This document shows positions 1 through 14,576 of a DNA stretch of 64,000 bases, piece after piece. The position numbers and the translations under genes were made by a program. Position 1 is the first letter of the stretch. Every line of letters starts with the position of its first letter. This DNA comes from Paecilomyces variotii (lineage: Eukaryota). The stretch lies in the NCBI GenBank assembly GCA_004022145.1, contig RCNU01000001.1. The stretch is one strand, 5' to 3'. The notes beneath the pieces were generated by a model, which worked only from the letters and a program-made list of their open reading frames with translations, did not search any database and had not been told where the DNA came from.

Positions 1-600
1 TCTCTTAGCTAAGACTTTTTTATTTTAATTAATAATTAAGCTATAGGCTTTATTTTTATTATAAGCTTATTAAGCCCTAAAATTATTAAGATTTTACTAG
101 TTAACTTTACTCTTATACTAAGCGTAAATATTACTTAAATCTCGCCTATACTTAACTAAGCAGCTTATTTAAGTAGCTTAGCTAAGCACTTATAAACCTA
201 GCTTAAAAAGCTTACAGCCTTAGGCGGATTTAAACTTAGGGCTTTAACTAGGAGGTATAGTTATTCTGTTAAAGACTTAGCTAGCTCTAGGTTATATAAA
301 CTAAATCTTTTAACTACTCAGCTAAAAAAACTATAATAACTACGCCTTTTAGTTAAAGCCCTAAGTTTAAATCTGCCTGAGGCTATAAGCTTTTTAAGCT
401 AAATTCGCGAGTACTTAGCTAAGCTGCTTAAATAGGCTGCTTAGTTAAGTATAAGTAGGATTTAAGCAATATTTACACTTAGTATAGGGGTAAAGTTAAC
501 TAGTAAAATTCTAGTAATTTTAGGGCCTAATAAGCTTATAGCAAGAATAAAGCCTATAGCTTAATTATTAGTTAGGGTAAAAAAATCCTAGCTAAGGGGA
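1..600. repeat. Long degenerate inverted repeat (arms ~1-263 and ~337-600)
   Basis: gctttaactaggaggtatagtta (241-263) matches the reverse complement of taactacgccttttagttaaagc (337-359); tctcttagctaag at the start pairs with cctagctaagggga near 600. Mismatches are mostly C/T or G/A. Confidence 0.85.
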
Positions 601-677
601 GTTAAATAGATCTAGGTATATACTATAGTAGTATACTAGCTAAATAGTTTAAGGGCGAGCTTAATTTAGGGGAGAGA

Positions 678-852
678 TATTATAAGATATAGAGCCTTAG
701 CAGTGCCCTATAAACCCCCGGGAATCCCTAACTATTAGGCTATATAGTTTAGTGCTAGCTTAACTACGCTTAAGTATAGTTATTATAGTCTTTTTAGCTA
801 AGTAATTAAAGAATCTAGTTTATATAACCTAGAGCTAGCTAAGTCCTTAATA
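678..852 (+). mobile_element. Putative RIP-mutated LTR (~175 bp); partial inverted copy at ~267-345
   Basis: Purine tract aggggagaga (668-677) precedes tatta (RIP form of TGTTA); the unit ends in taata (RIP form of TAACA). The inverted copy keeps an intact TGTTA terminus at 267-271. Confidence 0.45.
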
Positions 853-2695
853 ATATTAAAGAAATAATATAAGAAATAAGTAATAGTAAGTTATAACTAA
901 TAGCTTAAATAAATATAGATAAAGACTTAAATAATCTCTTAATAATAATCTAAGTAGTATTTAAATATATTACTTAAAGAATTATCCCTTTAAAATTATT
1001 ATATCTAGGTTTTTTAGTAAATATTTAGTTTCTATATATCTTACTATATAATTAATATATAAAGCTATATTACTATATTAATATTATAATATATAATATA
1101 TTATTATTTAAAACTTATTTACTTAACTATATTATACTATTTAATACTAGTATTATTTTATTAATATAACTATAACTTCTTCTATAATAAAGAGTATTAT
1201 TATCTTTAAAATCTAGTAATATAATAATAAACTAAGTAAGAAGCTAATTTCTATATTAGAGTATTTTAATATAAATATATTTAATATATAGAAGCTAGTA
1301 AATATATTTTAAGACTTAATTATTTATAGCTATTTACTAGAATATATTAAGCTATATAATATATAGGTTTATATTATTATTAAAACTATATTATTAGCTA
1401 AATATATTACTAAATAACTATATAACTTTATAGCCTAAGAGTATATATATTATATTAAAATCTTAGCTAGTTTAATAGTTTAATTAATAAGAAATAATAT
1501 AATCTTTTTTTTAGTCTATAATATATATTATACTCTCTATAGATTATTATATTAATATATAAGAACTTAATTATTAAGCTTAGAATAATATATAGCTTAA
1601 AACTTTATCTTCTTATTTAATTCTATATTTATCCCTTAGTTTATATATATAAATATCTTAATATTAATATATATACCTTTAATAATAGCTCTAAGTAAAC
1701 TATATATTATTTATTAAAGAGATTTATAGTAATATAAGCTAGAATAAAAGGTAAAAAACTATAATATTTATATTAATATACTATTTAAAATATAGAAATA
1801 AGAGAAAGGCTAAGAGTAGCTAATATTATAAACTAAATATATATAGCTATTATTATAAAGAACTATTAATATTATAAATAATAATACTAAGAATAATAAG
1901 AATATAAAAGATATTAGAAAATAAAATAATAAGGATAATAAAAGTAAGTAATATTAAGAGTATTTAAATAATAATAAAGAGAGTATTAATAGCTTTAAAT
2001 AATATATAGATACTAATAGAAGTAATAATATAAAATATAAACTACTCTAATAGTATACTTATTTAACCTTACTTTAAATATTAATATTAATAGCTACTCT
2101 TATAGAATAATTAGTAGAATTTTTAAATATTATTAATAATATTAAGGCAGCAGAAATATAGTATTAGAGATATATTCTTAATATCTAAATATAAATATAT
2201 AGTTTACTATCTATAATAAATAAAATAAAGTAAATAATATTAATATCTATTTTCTTATCTATATTAAATATTATACTTCTACTTAAAGTTAAGATAGCGC
2301 TAAACTAAGTAATAATAAATATATAATATATATTAATAGAGATATATAGTAAATAAAATAAGAATATCTGCTTTAAAAAAAAAGAGCATCTTAATATAAA
2401 TCTATATCTAGCTTAGCATATAGTATAAAGAGTTAGTTAATATAAGACAGTAAATACTTAATTATCTTTATATATTTAGTAAGAGCAGTTCTTAGAAATA
2501 AGAGAATAACTTCTTTCTCTCTAAAGTTATCTCTAGCTTTAAAACCCTAGGTTTACTATTAAGTAATAATAAGCTTTAATTAAATAAATAAAGTATATAT
2601 AATCTAAGTAAAAATTATTAGAGAATTTTTAAGAAATTATAATACTAAATATATATAAAGCTACTTATAAACTTATACTTAGAAAAAAAGAATAA

Positions 2696-2954
2696 TATAA
2701 TAAGCTATACTTAGTTAAAAAGCTTTAATAATCTTTAGCTAAATATTATTATAATAAATTTATTTTAATATTTTACTAAAGTAAAATCTATTTAAACTTA
2801 ATATTACTTATCTTAAGCCTTTTAATAGGACTAATTACTATTTAAGGACTTTCCTAGATACTCTTCCTTTCCTCTTCTTCTTTCTTTCCTTAAGATTTAG
2901 TATATTTATACTTGACCCCTAGCTAGTTGAACAAACTGCCTCAGGACCGTTACA
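2696..2954 (+). mobile_element. Putative 3' LTR of an LTR retrotransposon (~259 bp)
   Basis: Ends ccgttaca at 2954. Starts tataataa, the RIP product of tgtaacgg (reverse complement of the end). Preceded by purine tract agaaaaaaagaa (2681-2692); contains a TATA-like and a CT-rich segment. Confidence 0.55.
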
Positions 2955-3070
2955 ATAACTTTTTAAAGTACGCACTCGTTTGTATTACAGTAAAGATACA
3001 GTATATCTACTGTAATCTAGCCCCGGCAAAATCTGGTACGGTTTGCTAAGGGGATAACTAAACACAGTAG

Positions 3071-3741
3071 CTATTTGCGAATGCGAGCCATCGAGGCAAT
3101 CTCTTCGCCAGGATTGCTATAATCCACAAACCCAAACTTCGCGTATAAAGCTGCGCCGTCCTTACTAGCATCGACATACGCCTGGACACCCTCAGCATCG
3201 GCAAGTTCACAGCCCCAGTTAACAAGCAAGGAGCCGGCCCCTCGCCGCTGGTAGTCGGGGTGTGTAGCGACCGTATCCAGGTCTCCAGACAATTAGTCAA
3301 TGAGTTATTATTATTCAGTCAACAAAGAATCGGGATAGAATAGCCCATACAAATATGCTTAGTATCTCCCATGACACGCTTTCTATTAACCTCCTCTTTG
3401 CTGAAAAATTCATCACAAATCTCAGCGGGCATTTCTTCATGCCATGGGGGATAGCGTCGCCCTCGTTCTTCAGGCATGGACAGATCCCATTTAGCATATG
3501 CGGCTATCCGCGGGCGGCCCTGGGCATCTTTCGTTTCGGTGTCTATCACTTTGATGTACCGCTGAAAAGGCTTATTGAGGAGATCGTGGGCATTGGCATC
3601 TTCGAGCCATTTGTGCACGCCTGGCGTGTTTGGGAACACGCGTTGTAGGTCCGGGTCGGTAAAGGCCGCGAACCATAAGTCGGTGATGGCTGGGATGTCC
3701 TCAAGGATAACGGGCTGTAATTCGAGGGTGGAAGTGACCAT
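3071..3741 (-). CDS. GNAT-family N-acetyltransferase (2 exons)
   Basis: ORFs 3319-3741 and 3071-3292 joined by an intron near 3285-3350; acetyl-CoA motif A LDTVATHPDYQRRGAGS and C-terminal LYAKFGF. Confidence 0.88.
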
Positions 3742-4126
3742 CTTGTGGGAAATGTATTGAGGCCTAATGGCACAAGTTATATATGATTGAAATAATCGAT
3801 ACAGGAAAAAAACATCTTTATCAGATCCTTCATATTTAAAAAACCCCCCTCCCTTTAGTTTGGGACTCGATACAACAACCAGTTAATTAAATATTCATAT
3901 AAGTACATAGAAGCTCAGCCTCAATAATGACGCGACGGAGATAAGCTTGGCAGCCCAGAACTCCGCCACCGCGTCGAAGTCTGATTCGCTGCCATATTAT
4001 TGTATCCCGCCCGCCATTGCTATGCGGGGCATCCAAAGACACGATCTCTCTCTCTCTCTCTCTTTTTTTTTTTTGAACGTTTTCACGGTCGAGTCACTAC
4101 AGGGTATTGTGGGGGAACATTCTGGT

Positions 4127-5803
4127 ATGGGTCAGGGACAGTCGACAAGTCAACAAGGGGGTGCAACCAATGAGGCTCCGGAGAGTAAAACGGATTACTA
4201 CAAGCTCTTGGATGTAGAACAAAGTGCTTCAGACGAGGAGTAAGAGGGCATATAATTATTCGTCCTATGCTAAAATATACTGACACAATATCTCGCCAGG
4301 ATCAAAAAGGCTTACAGAAAGAAGGCTCTTCAGCTTCACCCGGACCGCAATCACGGAAATGTCGAAACTGCCACCAAGTTATTCGCGGAGGTTCAGGTGG
4401 CTTATGAAGTCCTGTCTGATCCCCAAGAGCGAGCATGGTACGACTCACATCGAGATGCGATCCTGAGGGGAGAGAACGCCTCGGAATCTGACAATCAATA
4501 CTATTATGATACCCGAATGACAACCGCGGACGATGTGCTCGCTTTATTTTCAAAATTCAGTCCGCGAATGGAGTTTTCCGATGCGTCCTCGGGATTCTAC
4601 GGCGGTCTACGAGAAATATTCGAGAGGATCTCTCGTCAAGAGGAGATGGCCTGTCGCTGGGAAAATCTCGAACCTGTTGACTATCCGTCATTTGGAAATC
4701 GAGATGATGACTTCGATACGGTTGTGCGCCCTTTCTATGCCGCATGGGCTGGATTTGCCACCAAAAAAACATTTGCATGGAAGGATGTCTATCGATACAG
4801 TGAGGCACCTGACCGACGGGTTCGCAGGCTTATGGAGAAAGAGAATCGACGTCTCAGGGATGAAGGTATCCGCGAATTTAATGATGCCGTGAGGTCACTC
4901 GTTGCTTTTGCAAAGAAACGCGATCCTCGCTATAAAGCGAACGCTGTCAATGAAGCCCAACGACAACAGATGCTTCGAGAATCCGCCGCCGCTCAAGCGG
5001 CCAGATCGCGGGCAGCGAATGAGGCTAGGTTGAAGGATCACATTGTTCCCGACTGGGCAATGACAGAGGAGCAAGAACAAGAAGAGGACGATAGCGATCA
5101 GTCACTTTCCGAAGAGGAACAGTATGAGTGCGTGGTCTGTCGGAAAAGTTTTAAGAGCGAAAAACAGTTCCAGGCCCACGAGCGCAGTAAGAAGCACATC
5201 AAGGCTGTCAAGCAACTTCGCTGGGAGATGAGAAACGAGGACAGGGAACTGGAACTGGGGCCCACTGAAGCCATAGACGAGCCAGTGGAGGATGTACATC
5301 CAGGGTCTCCTAGTGATGAGGTCGATTCCAAAATCGATAATCCTATCGATGACAATGATCAAACTAGTGATAGAGATACCAATATTTCAAGTGACAAGAC
5401 TCAGCCACTCACGGATACAGAATTACATGATGACCATGGAGACGATTCTGGCACTGACGAAGATTATGCCCCTCGCCGGACCGTTGAAAACCGCCTGCGG
5501 TCAGAGCTCCTATCCAGCCAGGAGGTCGAGGCAGACGAGGCAGAGGCACTTTCAAAGCAGTTTGCAGAAGCCGGGCTGGAAGATTCAACTAAATCAGCGC
5601 CCCCAAAGATCGGGAAGGCGAAACTGAAGAGAGCAAAGAAAGCTGCTGCCCAGAAGGAGAACGAGCAGTTAAAGCTAACATGCGCAAATTGCGCTGCTTC
5701 GTTTAGCTCTAGGACTCAGTTATTCGATCATATCAGGGCACTCAACCACGCACAGCCTGTGCAGAGCTCTTCTAAGACTGCTAAAAAGGGTCGAAAACGA
5801 TGA
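4127..5803 (+). CDS. JJJ1: J-domain/C2H2 zinc-finger co-chaperone (Jjj1/DNAJC21-like)
   Basis: Exon 1 MGQGQS...DYYKLL; intron ~4239-4299; HPD motif (LHPDRN); two C2H2 fingers (CVVC..HERSKKH, CANC..HIRALNH). Confidence 0.9.
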
Positions 5804-6083
5804 ACGTGCAAGATAGCTTGCCATCATATTCTGGTACAAGGGAAGTATGACGACTTCTCCCTGCTCGATAATAGAAATGAATGTCCCTGGATCTCTTCTG
5901 ACATCAATTTTTTTATCGAAGTGTATGTGCCTACTTGTATTCCTACTATCTCCGTGATTCGATGCCCGACGGCTTCGATCGTTCGGCCAAGGGATACACA
6001 ACAACGACGTCTTGGATATGTCCAATGCATTGACAGTTAACTCTATCAGGATATTCTAGTAACATTAGGCATAACTTGCCATA

Positions 6084-8262
6084 TTATCCTAGCCCGGTTC
6101 TAGAATTCTTAACAACATGGGCGACGGGATGCAGTATGCCCTTGTTATTCTGTGCCCCCAAGGCGGTCCCGCTACTCCAGCCCATTTTCTCGAGCATTGC
6201 CCTGCCCTTGTTCTCCGCACCGATTTCCGGCGCAGACGCGCCCACAATATCGCCATCCGCGTAGGAGGCTGCTGCGTTGGGTCGACCCCTTTTGCTCGAT
6301 GGCTGAGTGCCTTTGCCACCCGCATGACCTCTTGGGCGTCCTCCTCTGGAGAAAGCCTTGTCAATGTTGGGAATATCCCTCTGCGTGAATTTCGGCGTCC
6401 GAGACGTCTTATAGAGCACTGGAAATCTGGAGGGGCCATTTCCTCGTGATTGAGACTTCAGTGACACTGCGTTCGCGATCTCATGTACCAATTTTCTGTA
6501 TTCCTTACCCATCGGTGGCAGGGGAAGACTGTGACATAAGTTAGTTACGAACGTAGAAATCAAATTAGAGGGGGTAAAAACAATACCTCTCCGCTGATGA
6601 CAGGAGAAAGGACCTTATCTCCGACCTTACGTTGTCAATGCTGATGCCCTTGGAGTACTTGGCTTTCATATCGAGCTTCCCGGGTTTGCGGCCTAGCAAC
6701 CCTTGGGAACGAAGTTCCTCCCTTTGCTGCTTCTTGATCTTCTTCCTTTCCCGGTCGTTTCGCCATGCCCTTTCTAGTTGTTCTTCGGTTTCACTGTCGG
6801 ATAGCTCAAAATTGATGCCCCGACGCCTTCCCTTCGGCTTCTTCCTGAGACTGGGCCTATCAAAATCCATGATATCAAAGCCATGGTAAGGATCCTCGTC
6901 GAGGGCATCCGCCAAAGCCGACGCCGACACGAACATGCTTTCTCTCGAGGCTTTGTTCTTCTGTCTTGACCGTCCATCAGATTTCCCGGGTTTGGGGTTT
7001 GAGACTCGCGACATCCTAGGGTTCGATATCGAGTCGAACAGTACTATTTCATCGAGCGTAACTCCTAGTCCTTCTTGCATCTGGAGGGCACGTGCGAGTT
7101 GTTCGTCGCTGTAATCCTCGGATTCTTCTCCAGCCAGACTTTGCTCATCACGTTCAGAAGGCATGTCGTCGCCCTCGAGTTCAGAACTTGAGTAACTCAT
7201 TGACTCGTCACCGGAGGACACGATGTCTGATTTCCTGCTTCCTTTGGATTTCCGTTCTTGTTTGCCAACAATGACCTCGGAAGCCTGGCCGTCTGGTAGT
7301 TGACCTTCATCATCCGAGTCCGATGAATCAAGCGCATTATCTGTGTTCCATCCCTCGCGATCCTGATCGGACCCAGCACCCAGGTATTCGGGATCTATAT
7401 TCTCGATGTAATCCGCAAGGATATCAACCTGCTTGAATTCTATAATTCCTGTTTCCGCTCTTTTTGAAGTGATTCCAGGTTCGCCGGTCGTGCTGTGCGC
7501 ATGGAGTTGTGAGCTCTGCCCGACAGAATCTGATCCAGTATCGATGGCGGAAGATGTACCGTGGCCAGGATCAGCACGCTCGGTATCTAATTGCTTCTGA
7601 TCCACGGGCTTGACATTTCCACTGACTGCTGGAGACAAAAAATTGCCAACATCGTCGTCATACTTGCGGACACCCTCTCGAGACTTCTCACGAGAACTAG
7701 GATGCCCTTCGCTACGGGCATTTCTGCCGGGAAAGACAACCTCGTCCTCACTGGAATCCTCCGCACTCGAGAGTTCTAGCCGGGCGACCGGGTCGAGGAG
7801 CCCAGTCGTGGCAGGCTTATCACCAAGACTATCGACGAAAAATAGCGTGTTCCCAGTGTCCTCTGCTCCATCGATGGTATCTGTTGCTGTTTCGTGTTTA
7901 GGCTGTGTCTCTGCGTCCGTCTCCCGGGACTCCTGCTGTGGTTCTGCTGTTTCTTCGTTAAGCTTGTCCAAGTACATACTGCCGGCCTTCACAAAGTTGA
8001 CTTTGTTGAAGCGCAGTTGGGAGGTCTCCCAGGAAACACTGTGTCTTCCTGTGTTATGTGCCTCCTGCTGCATGGTAAGTTGGGATTCGGTATCGTCTGC
8101 GCAAGCCCTCATGTCAGTATCTCGTTGGTTGTAGTCGGGAAGGCACAGCTCACTATGCGTGGATGGGTGCGGTGACCCAGCCCAGTGTGAATTGACGCGA
8201 GAAGTCATCGCAGCAAACCCAGAGCGTCTGGAGCGTGCCTTTGCCTTCCCGGAACGAGCCAT
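6084..8262 (-). CDS. SQS1: R3H and G-patch domain protein (Sqs1-like)
   Basis: C-terminal R3H (RKLVHEIA) and G-patch (NKGRAMLEKMGWSSGTALG) domains with a long acidic middle. Start taken at MARSGKAKAR; probably two introns. Confidence 0.82.
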
Positions 8263-9109
8263 GGTTTTTTTGCTTGGGAACAATCCAGGTCCGGCAGTGG
8301 GTGGCAGCAAAAAATCTGTCCCCCTAGCAGACCCAATGTGGCGACTGCGTCGAGGTGCTCTCGGTCCAGCCAGGAGCCGGGACGTGTCAAACTTGTCCAG
8401 CTCCGGGGAACAGTGACATTGCTGTTGTGCCAGGCTCGACCTGGTTGTGCTGTTCTGCGTGGTCTGGGTGCTGTTGACAGTGGTCAGAAGAAACCGGGGG
8501 GTCAAGAAAGTCGGTATGGCCGGGAAGTGATTCTTCAAGTTGGTTGATTATTATTATTATCGGGGCTGACAGGCGCAGGTGGGGCGAAGGTCCAAGGCAG
8601 CGCTGAGGCAGCCATTCACTCCCCCACCCGTGATCATGGCGGCATGACTTGCTCCTGTGAGTTGTAGATACAACTTCTTGTATTTATTGATTTGTTTTAT
8701 TTTCCTATACTGGACTTGTACTCCTGGCACAGATAGATCGCGTTTTCTCTGTAAAAGAGCTTTGGAGGCAGTTTGTTGATACGCTCTCTCAGCTCTTGCG
8801 GGGTCGGGAATGACGTCCTGTCCCTTGATTTGATCACCCTTGCTATCTTTGCATGACTGCATGCGACTTCCTGTGCCTCTGAGGCGGCAGTTTTAAGTGA
8901 TCTTGTTTCCTATCTCTTGTCTAGCTCACATTGTTTGGTATTGGAGGTCTGTTTCTGGTGAGTTATATTTTCTTGGGGCGACAATGCTGCAGCATGTGCT
9001 CGCTACCATGCATCCGCAAATATATATATATATATATATTTACATGTACTGTATGCATGCCCAGTGAACCTCACGAGTATCCAACATCCATCCACCACAC
9101 ACTCCAGAC

Positions 9110-10637
9110 ATGAACAACGTCGACCTGGGCAGCTACAAGCGCATAGTACAATATTTCTGGGACCCGGAGCCAAAAAACGACGATGAGACCGGTTCATCCA
9201 TATGGTGCCTCGGCCGGGAATATGCCTCACCGTCACCTCCAGCCAAGAAAGCTGTGATCGCGAACGACTCAACGGGCAACGGTACCGCACCCACGTCCGG
9301 CCCTCAATATCCTACAGAGTCCGAAATCCCGGCCCCTGTATGCAAGATCAGCGACAGGCCCGAGGATGCTCACACCGGCGCAAGATCCGACGAGGGAAGA
9401 GACAACGGCTGGCCAGATGCCTTTCTCGATGACATGGAGTCGCGTATCTGGCTCACGTACCGCTCCAACTTTCCCATCATCCCGAAATCCGAGGATCCAA
9501 ATGCCCTATCCTCGCTGACACTGGGCGTGCGCCTGCGGAGCCAGCTCATGGAGTCACAGGGGTTTACATCTGACACTGGATGGGGTTGCATGATACGATC
9601 CGGCCAGAGCCTTCTCGCAAACGCATTGTCACTCCTGTGGCTGGGACGCGGTAAAAGACACACTCACTATTGCTATTATACTCATTGACTGACATACTAA
9701 CGATTACCCAGACTGGCGTCGGGGTTCTCGATCCCAAGAGGAGAGTAGACTACTATCGCTCTTTGCAGACCATCCCAGCGCACCCTTCTCGATACATCGC
9801 TTCGTACAGCAGGGCGCCTCCTCATGCGGCAAATACCCAGGAGAGTGGTTCGGACCCTCTGCAACTGCGAGGTGCATACAGTATGAGATCACCAAAAACC
9901 CCGATACTATCCCGCATGGAAGCTCACAGATAGCAGGGCATTGTCAAGGGAATGTCATGACGCTGGCTTGAACGTCTATGTCACAAGTGATACCTCAGAT
10001 GTATACGAAGATAAATTCAGAGCAATCGCACGAGGGGACTCTGGGAATATCACCCCGACACTGATCCTACTAGGTCTTAGACTGGGCATTGATCGCGTTA
10101 CCCCTGCATATTGGGAAGGGCTCAAAGCCATCCTGCAATATCCGCAATCGGTAGGCATAGCAGGGTAGGTTCCAAAGATAGTATTTCCTGATCGTCCATT
10201 ACCCACTCACTGACCATACTATCCAAAGGGGCCGACCCTCAGCATCTCATTACTTCGTTGGAGTCCAGGGGGATTACTTCTTCTACCTGGATCCCCATCA
10301 TACTCGTCCTGCCCTTCCATATCATGGGAATGATACAGCCTACAACAAAGAAGAACTAGACACTTACCACACCCGCCGATTGAGAAGACTGCATATCAAA
10401 GACATGGACCCGAGCATGCTGATTGGATTCCTTATCAAGGACGAGGAAGACTGGGCTGACTGGACCAAACGCGTCTCATCTGTCCAAGGAAAGCCCATAG
10501 TTCACATCTACGATAGTGAAGCAGTGTCGAATCACCCCTATGAACGAGAGGGCGCGTTGGACGAGGTCGAGACACTCGACGAGGATGACGAGGATGAAGA
10601 GGATCATTCGCAAGACGGAGATCCGGTCCCAACTTGA
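9110..10637 (+). CDS. ATG4: Autophagy cysteine protease Atg4 (4 exons)
   Basis: [13 protein letters not shown] catalytic Cys motif, IAGGRP, YLDPH and MDPSMLIGF motifs. Confidence 0.95.
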
Positions 10638-10987
10638 AGGGCTAGATATCAGGCGCAGGCGGATCAAGAAATGCAGTAAAACAGAAATACCCAAATATTT
10701 GCAGTAGCCAATTCAACAATTGATTTCATGTCCAGAATACATAAATCGTGCACTAAAGTGAGTTTGATTTGGAGCTCTAGAAAGGCAGAACAGAGGACCC
10801 TAGTTATGTTACACCCTGTCCACCTTTAAAATTGCACCCATAAAGACATTCGGCCCATGAAATAACAGCCGTCCCATGACACATTAGAGATCCCACTAAC
10901 ACCCGGTAACCAACCGCATAGCCACGGCAGACCATAAAGGCAAAAGAACAAAACAAGACAACCCTGGGAATAAAAAGACAAAGCAGC

Positions 10988-11572
10988 CTATTTGGCGGAA
11001 GAAGAGTACTTGGTGACAGCCTTGGTGCCTTCCGACACAGCGTGCTTGGCAAGTTCACCGGGGAGGATGAGCCTCACAGAGGTCTGGATCTCTCGGGAAG
11101 AAATGGTGGACTTCTTGTTGTAGGCAGCGAGCTTGGAAGCCTCGGTCGCAACACGCTCGAAGATGTCTAAAAGACGCGTCATTAGCATTCGAAGGCTCGA
11201 CCATCAGATGGTTAAGATGGAAAAAACAAACATACCGTTGACGAAAGAGTTCAGGATGGACATGGCACGAGTGGAGATACCAGTGTCAGGGTGGACCTGC
11301 TTGAGGACTGGAATTCGAATTCATGTTAGCGATGCTGAAACGCGAAGTGCAGATACGATGGACGCGTTAAGACGCGTCCATTGTTGATGGAACTCACCCT
11401 TGTAGATGTAGGAAGAGTAGGTCTCCTTGCGGGTCTTTCCACGCTTCTTCTTGTCGCCAGAGGCGGCGGTGGCAGTCTTCTTGCCAGCTTCCTTCTTCTC
11501 AGCAGGAGCCTTGCCAGCGGCGGGAGCCTTTCCGCCGGTGGAGGGCTTCTTCTCAGCGGCCTTGGGGGGCAT
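10988..11572 (-). CDS. HTB1: Histone H2B (spliced)
   Basis: [10 protein letters not shown]...[11 protein letters not shown] and [13 protein letters not shown]...[10 protein letters not shown]. Confidence 0.97.
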
Positions 11573-12297
11573 TTTGTCTGAAATTTGACGGGAGATTAAA
11601 TTTGGCGAAATTAGTGGATGTAAAGCTGAGAGTTATCACGTCGAGGTGAAGCGTGAGTTGATGATGGAAGATGGATGGATAAGTGGAAGAAACAGAACTC
11701 GCGGTGGATGAGGGGGGTGGCGTACTTATAGAGGTCGGCGAAAGAGCCGGTTGATCCTAGGTGTGCAAAAGCGACGGAATTTCAATACGGTAACAGGGTG
11801 GTATGATCTGTATGATTAGCAATGCGCGGACGCGTCAGACGACGTGTGGCAGGCGGCGCACCACAACAAGCGCGACGAAAGGGCGGGTAACGGATTACAA
11901 TACGGCGCCTACCCTGATCGGGAGCCAACCCTGCACTGGCAGCAGCAGCAAGAATCCTCTAATCCAGCCGGCTAGCGCGCGTTGGCCGCCGCCGACACGG
12001 CTAGCCTGGCACATTCTCCCAGAGACGCCAGCCTCTGCCCACCCGCCAGAACGTCTGATCCGCCTGCTGATTGGCCCGCCCGACTAAGCGAGAGGGTGAT
12101 CTGGAGGCATGCTCCTGGGCCCAACGTCACCCTCGCGCTGGTCTTATAAATGTCCTCTACGCCTCCACACTGCCCTCTCACACACCTGCATTCTGTTCCT
12201 CCGACTATTACTCTTCGGCCTGCCTGTCTAGCACTGTCTCTGACAACCATCTATCACCAAAACCAAAAACCCATTTTCACCCATCCCCTAAATCAAA
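11573..12297. promoter_or_regulatory. Divergent H2B/H2A promoter
   Basis: Head-to-head histone pair; TATA-like sites near 11727 and 12144; ACGCGT (MCB-like) near 11830. Confidence 0.6.
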
Positions 12298-13085
<788 letters not shown>

Positions 13086-13161
13086 TAGAGCATCTATGGT
13101 GGATAGCTCACGCCTGGAATGTCACCCTTTTTATGAATCATACTTGATATTATACTCCGTA

Positions 13162-13164
<3 letters not shown>

Positions 13165-13197
<33 letters not shown>
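13165..13197. repeat. (AT)n microsatellite
   Basis: Perfect AT dinucleotide run downstream of H2A. Confidence 0.9.
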
Positions 13198-13198
<1 letters not shown>

Positions 13199-13418
13199 GT
13201 AGCTGTTTATTTTACTTTCGCTGCTTAGTTTATAGTCTCGTATGATTGGCTATTAAACACCCCAACTCGACCAGAGTAAACGCGCCTCAATCTAGCGTTT
13301 GGTATAGATTTTATCGAGGAAAACATAATTTGAACATTCAATTCCCACGCTCAACCGCCAATGTACACCCTTTTTCTTCAGATGGTTACTATCGAGTAAA
13401 TTCCTCGTCGCAGGAAAT

Positions 13419-13969
13419 CTAATGGGCATGTCTCTCCGCATCTATAGGTCATGTTAAAACAGGGAAGCCACATAGGGCAACGGGGACGAATTAAACATAC
13501 AAGGCAATTCGCGAGCAGGAAGGTTTCTCTCGTATTTCGAACCTGGAGGAAATGTCAGCAGCACAGAATAGACGCTGTGAATATCAGATGATTGGGTGTA
13601 CATACCACCAGGTGCAGTGGGTGCTCTGTACGGGTCAGGGTGCTTCCAGCCCTCTAGCAACTTCTCCGTCTCTCTGAAAAGAACCTTTTATATTCCAGGG
13701 GTATCAGCCATGTTGTCGCATAAGAGCAGGGGGGAAGATGCGCACCTTCTGCTGACGCGGATCCCGAACATTTCTGTTGGCTTCGAAGAGGGATCGAATA
13801 TAGACGGCCTGGCCACGCCAGATGTGTCTGTGGACAGCCCAATCAAGCGCCAGCTTCAAGCTCCGTCGATAGAGAGACCTAATTGACCGCATTAGACGTC
13901 AATCGCGCACAGATAGGTCTCAAAACTATAAGCCAAGACGATCACATACGCTGCCTGGTTGAATGACAT
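13419..13969 (-). CDS. NDUFB9: Complex I LYR-family subunit B22 (NDUFB9-like), multi-exon
   Basis: SLYRRSLKLALDW LYR motif, WKHPDPYRAPTAPGG and SKYERNLP; exons bounded by GT-AG introns. Confidence 0.85.
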
Positions 13970-14576
13970 GATGGGAAGGAGTGTGTGAACGACAGGGCTT
14001 GGATGCGAGTTTATCTTCTGAAGCCACCAGGACAGCACTTCTCGTTCGTTTCCGCGCACGATATATCCGGCGCCCAGACCGTAGACTTGGGGAATTGGGT
14101 ATGGCGTCGAATTGTCCTTGCCGGTTAGAACCGTCGATGGGAAAGCTGGATGTCCGATGAGGAGCACAAGAGAAGAAGTGCGCAGGAGTGTTATCTTGTT
14201 CGCCGTAGAGCGTCGTTTACGGAGTAGCGTACTGGTAAATGTAATCCCGCGTAATAATGCTGAGTCGGGATTCGTGTGATTTGCCGGGCGCATGGAAGAG
14301 CATCATTCTCTGAGGGAAGTCCCGGTTCGCTCGGCCCGCCCCAGCTCGTTCGTCACTTAGTCCAGCTCTTCGATCTCTTCTCTTAGATTCCGGTCACCAC
14401 CGTTCTTTCATCACAACCAGCCTGAAGCGCGAGGAGACTCCTCTGGTTCTAATATACTTTCGCAGTATATAATCTGACCATTGGACGCGAAGCTTTATCA
14501 CATTATCTCATCAGGCCTTGCAGTTTCCATTGGTCGAGCCTACGGTCCAGTTTCTTCCACCAGCTATAAAAACACC

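Larger units (their letters stand above)
1..2954. mobile_element. AT-rich, RIP-degraded repeat block (LTR-retroelement debris)
   Basis: Very AT-rich with strong TpA excess, no ORFs in the track, internal inverted duplications differing mostly by transitions, and an abrupt return to normal GC near 2950. Confidence 0.8.

Noticed and set aside
860-2680. Retrotransposon pol domains in the AT-rich block
   Set aside because: Too heavily mutated to read RT or integrase motifs by eye, so no superfamily is assigned.
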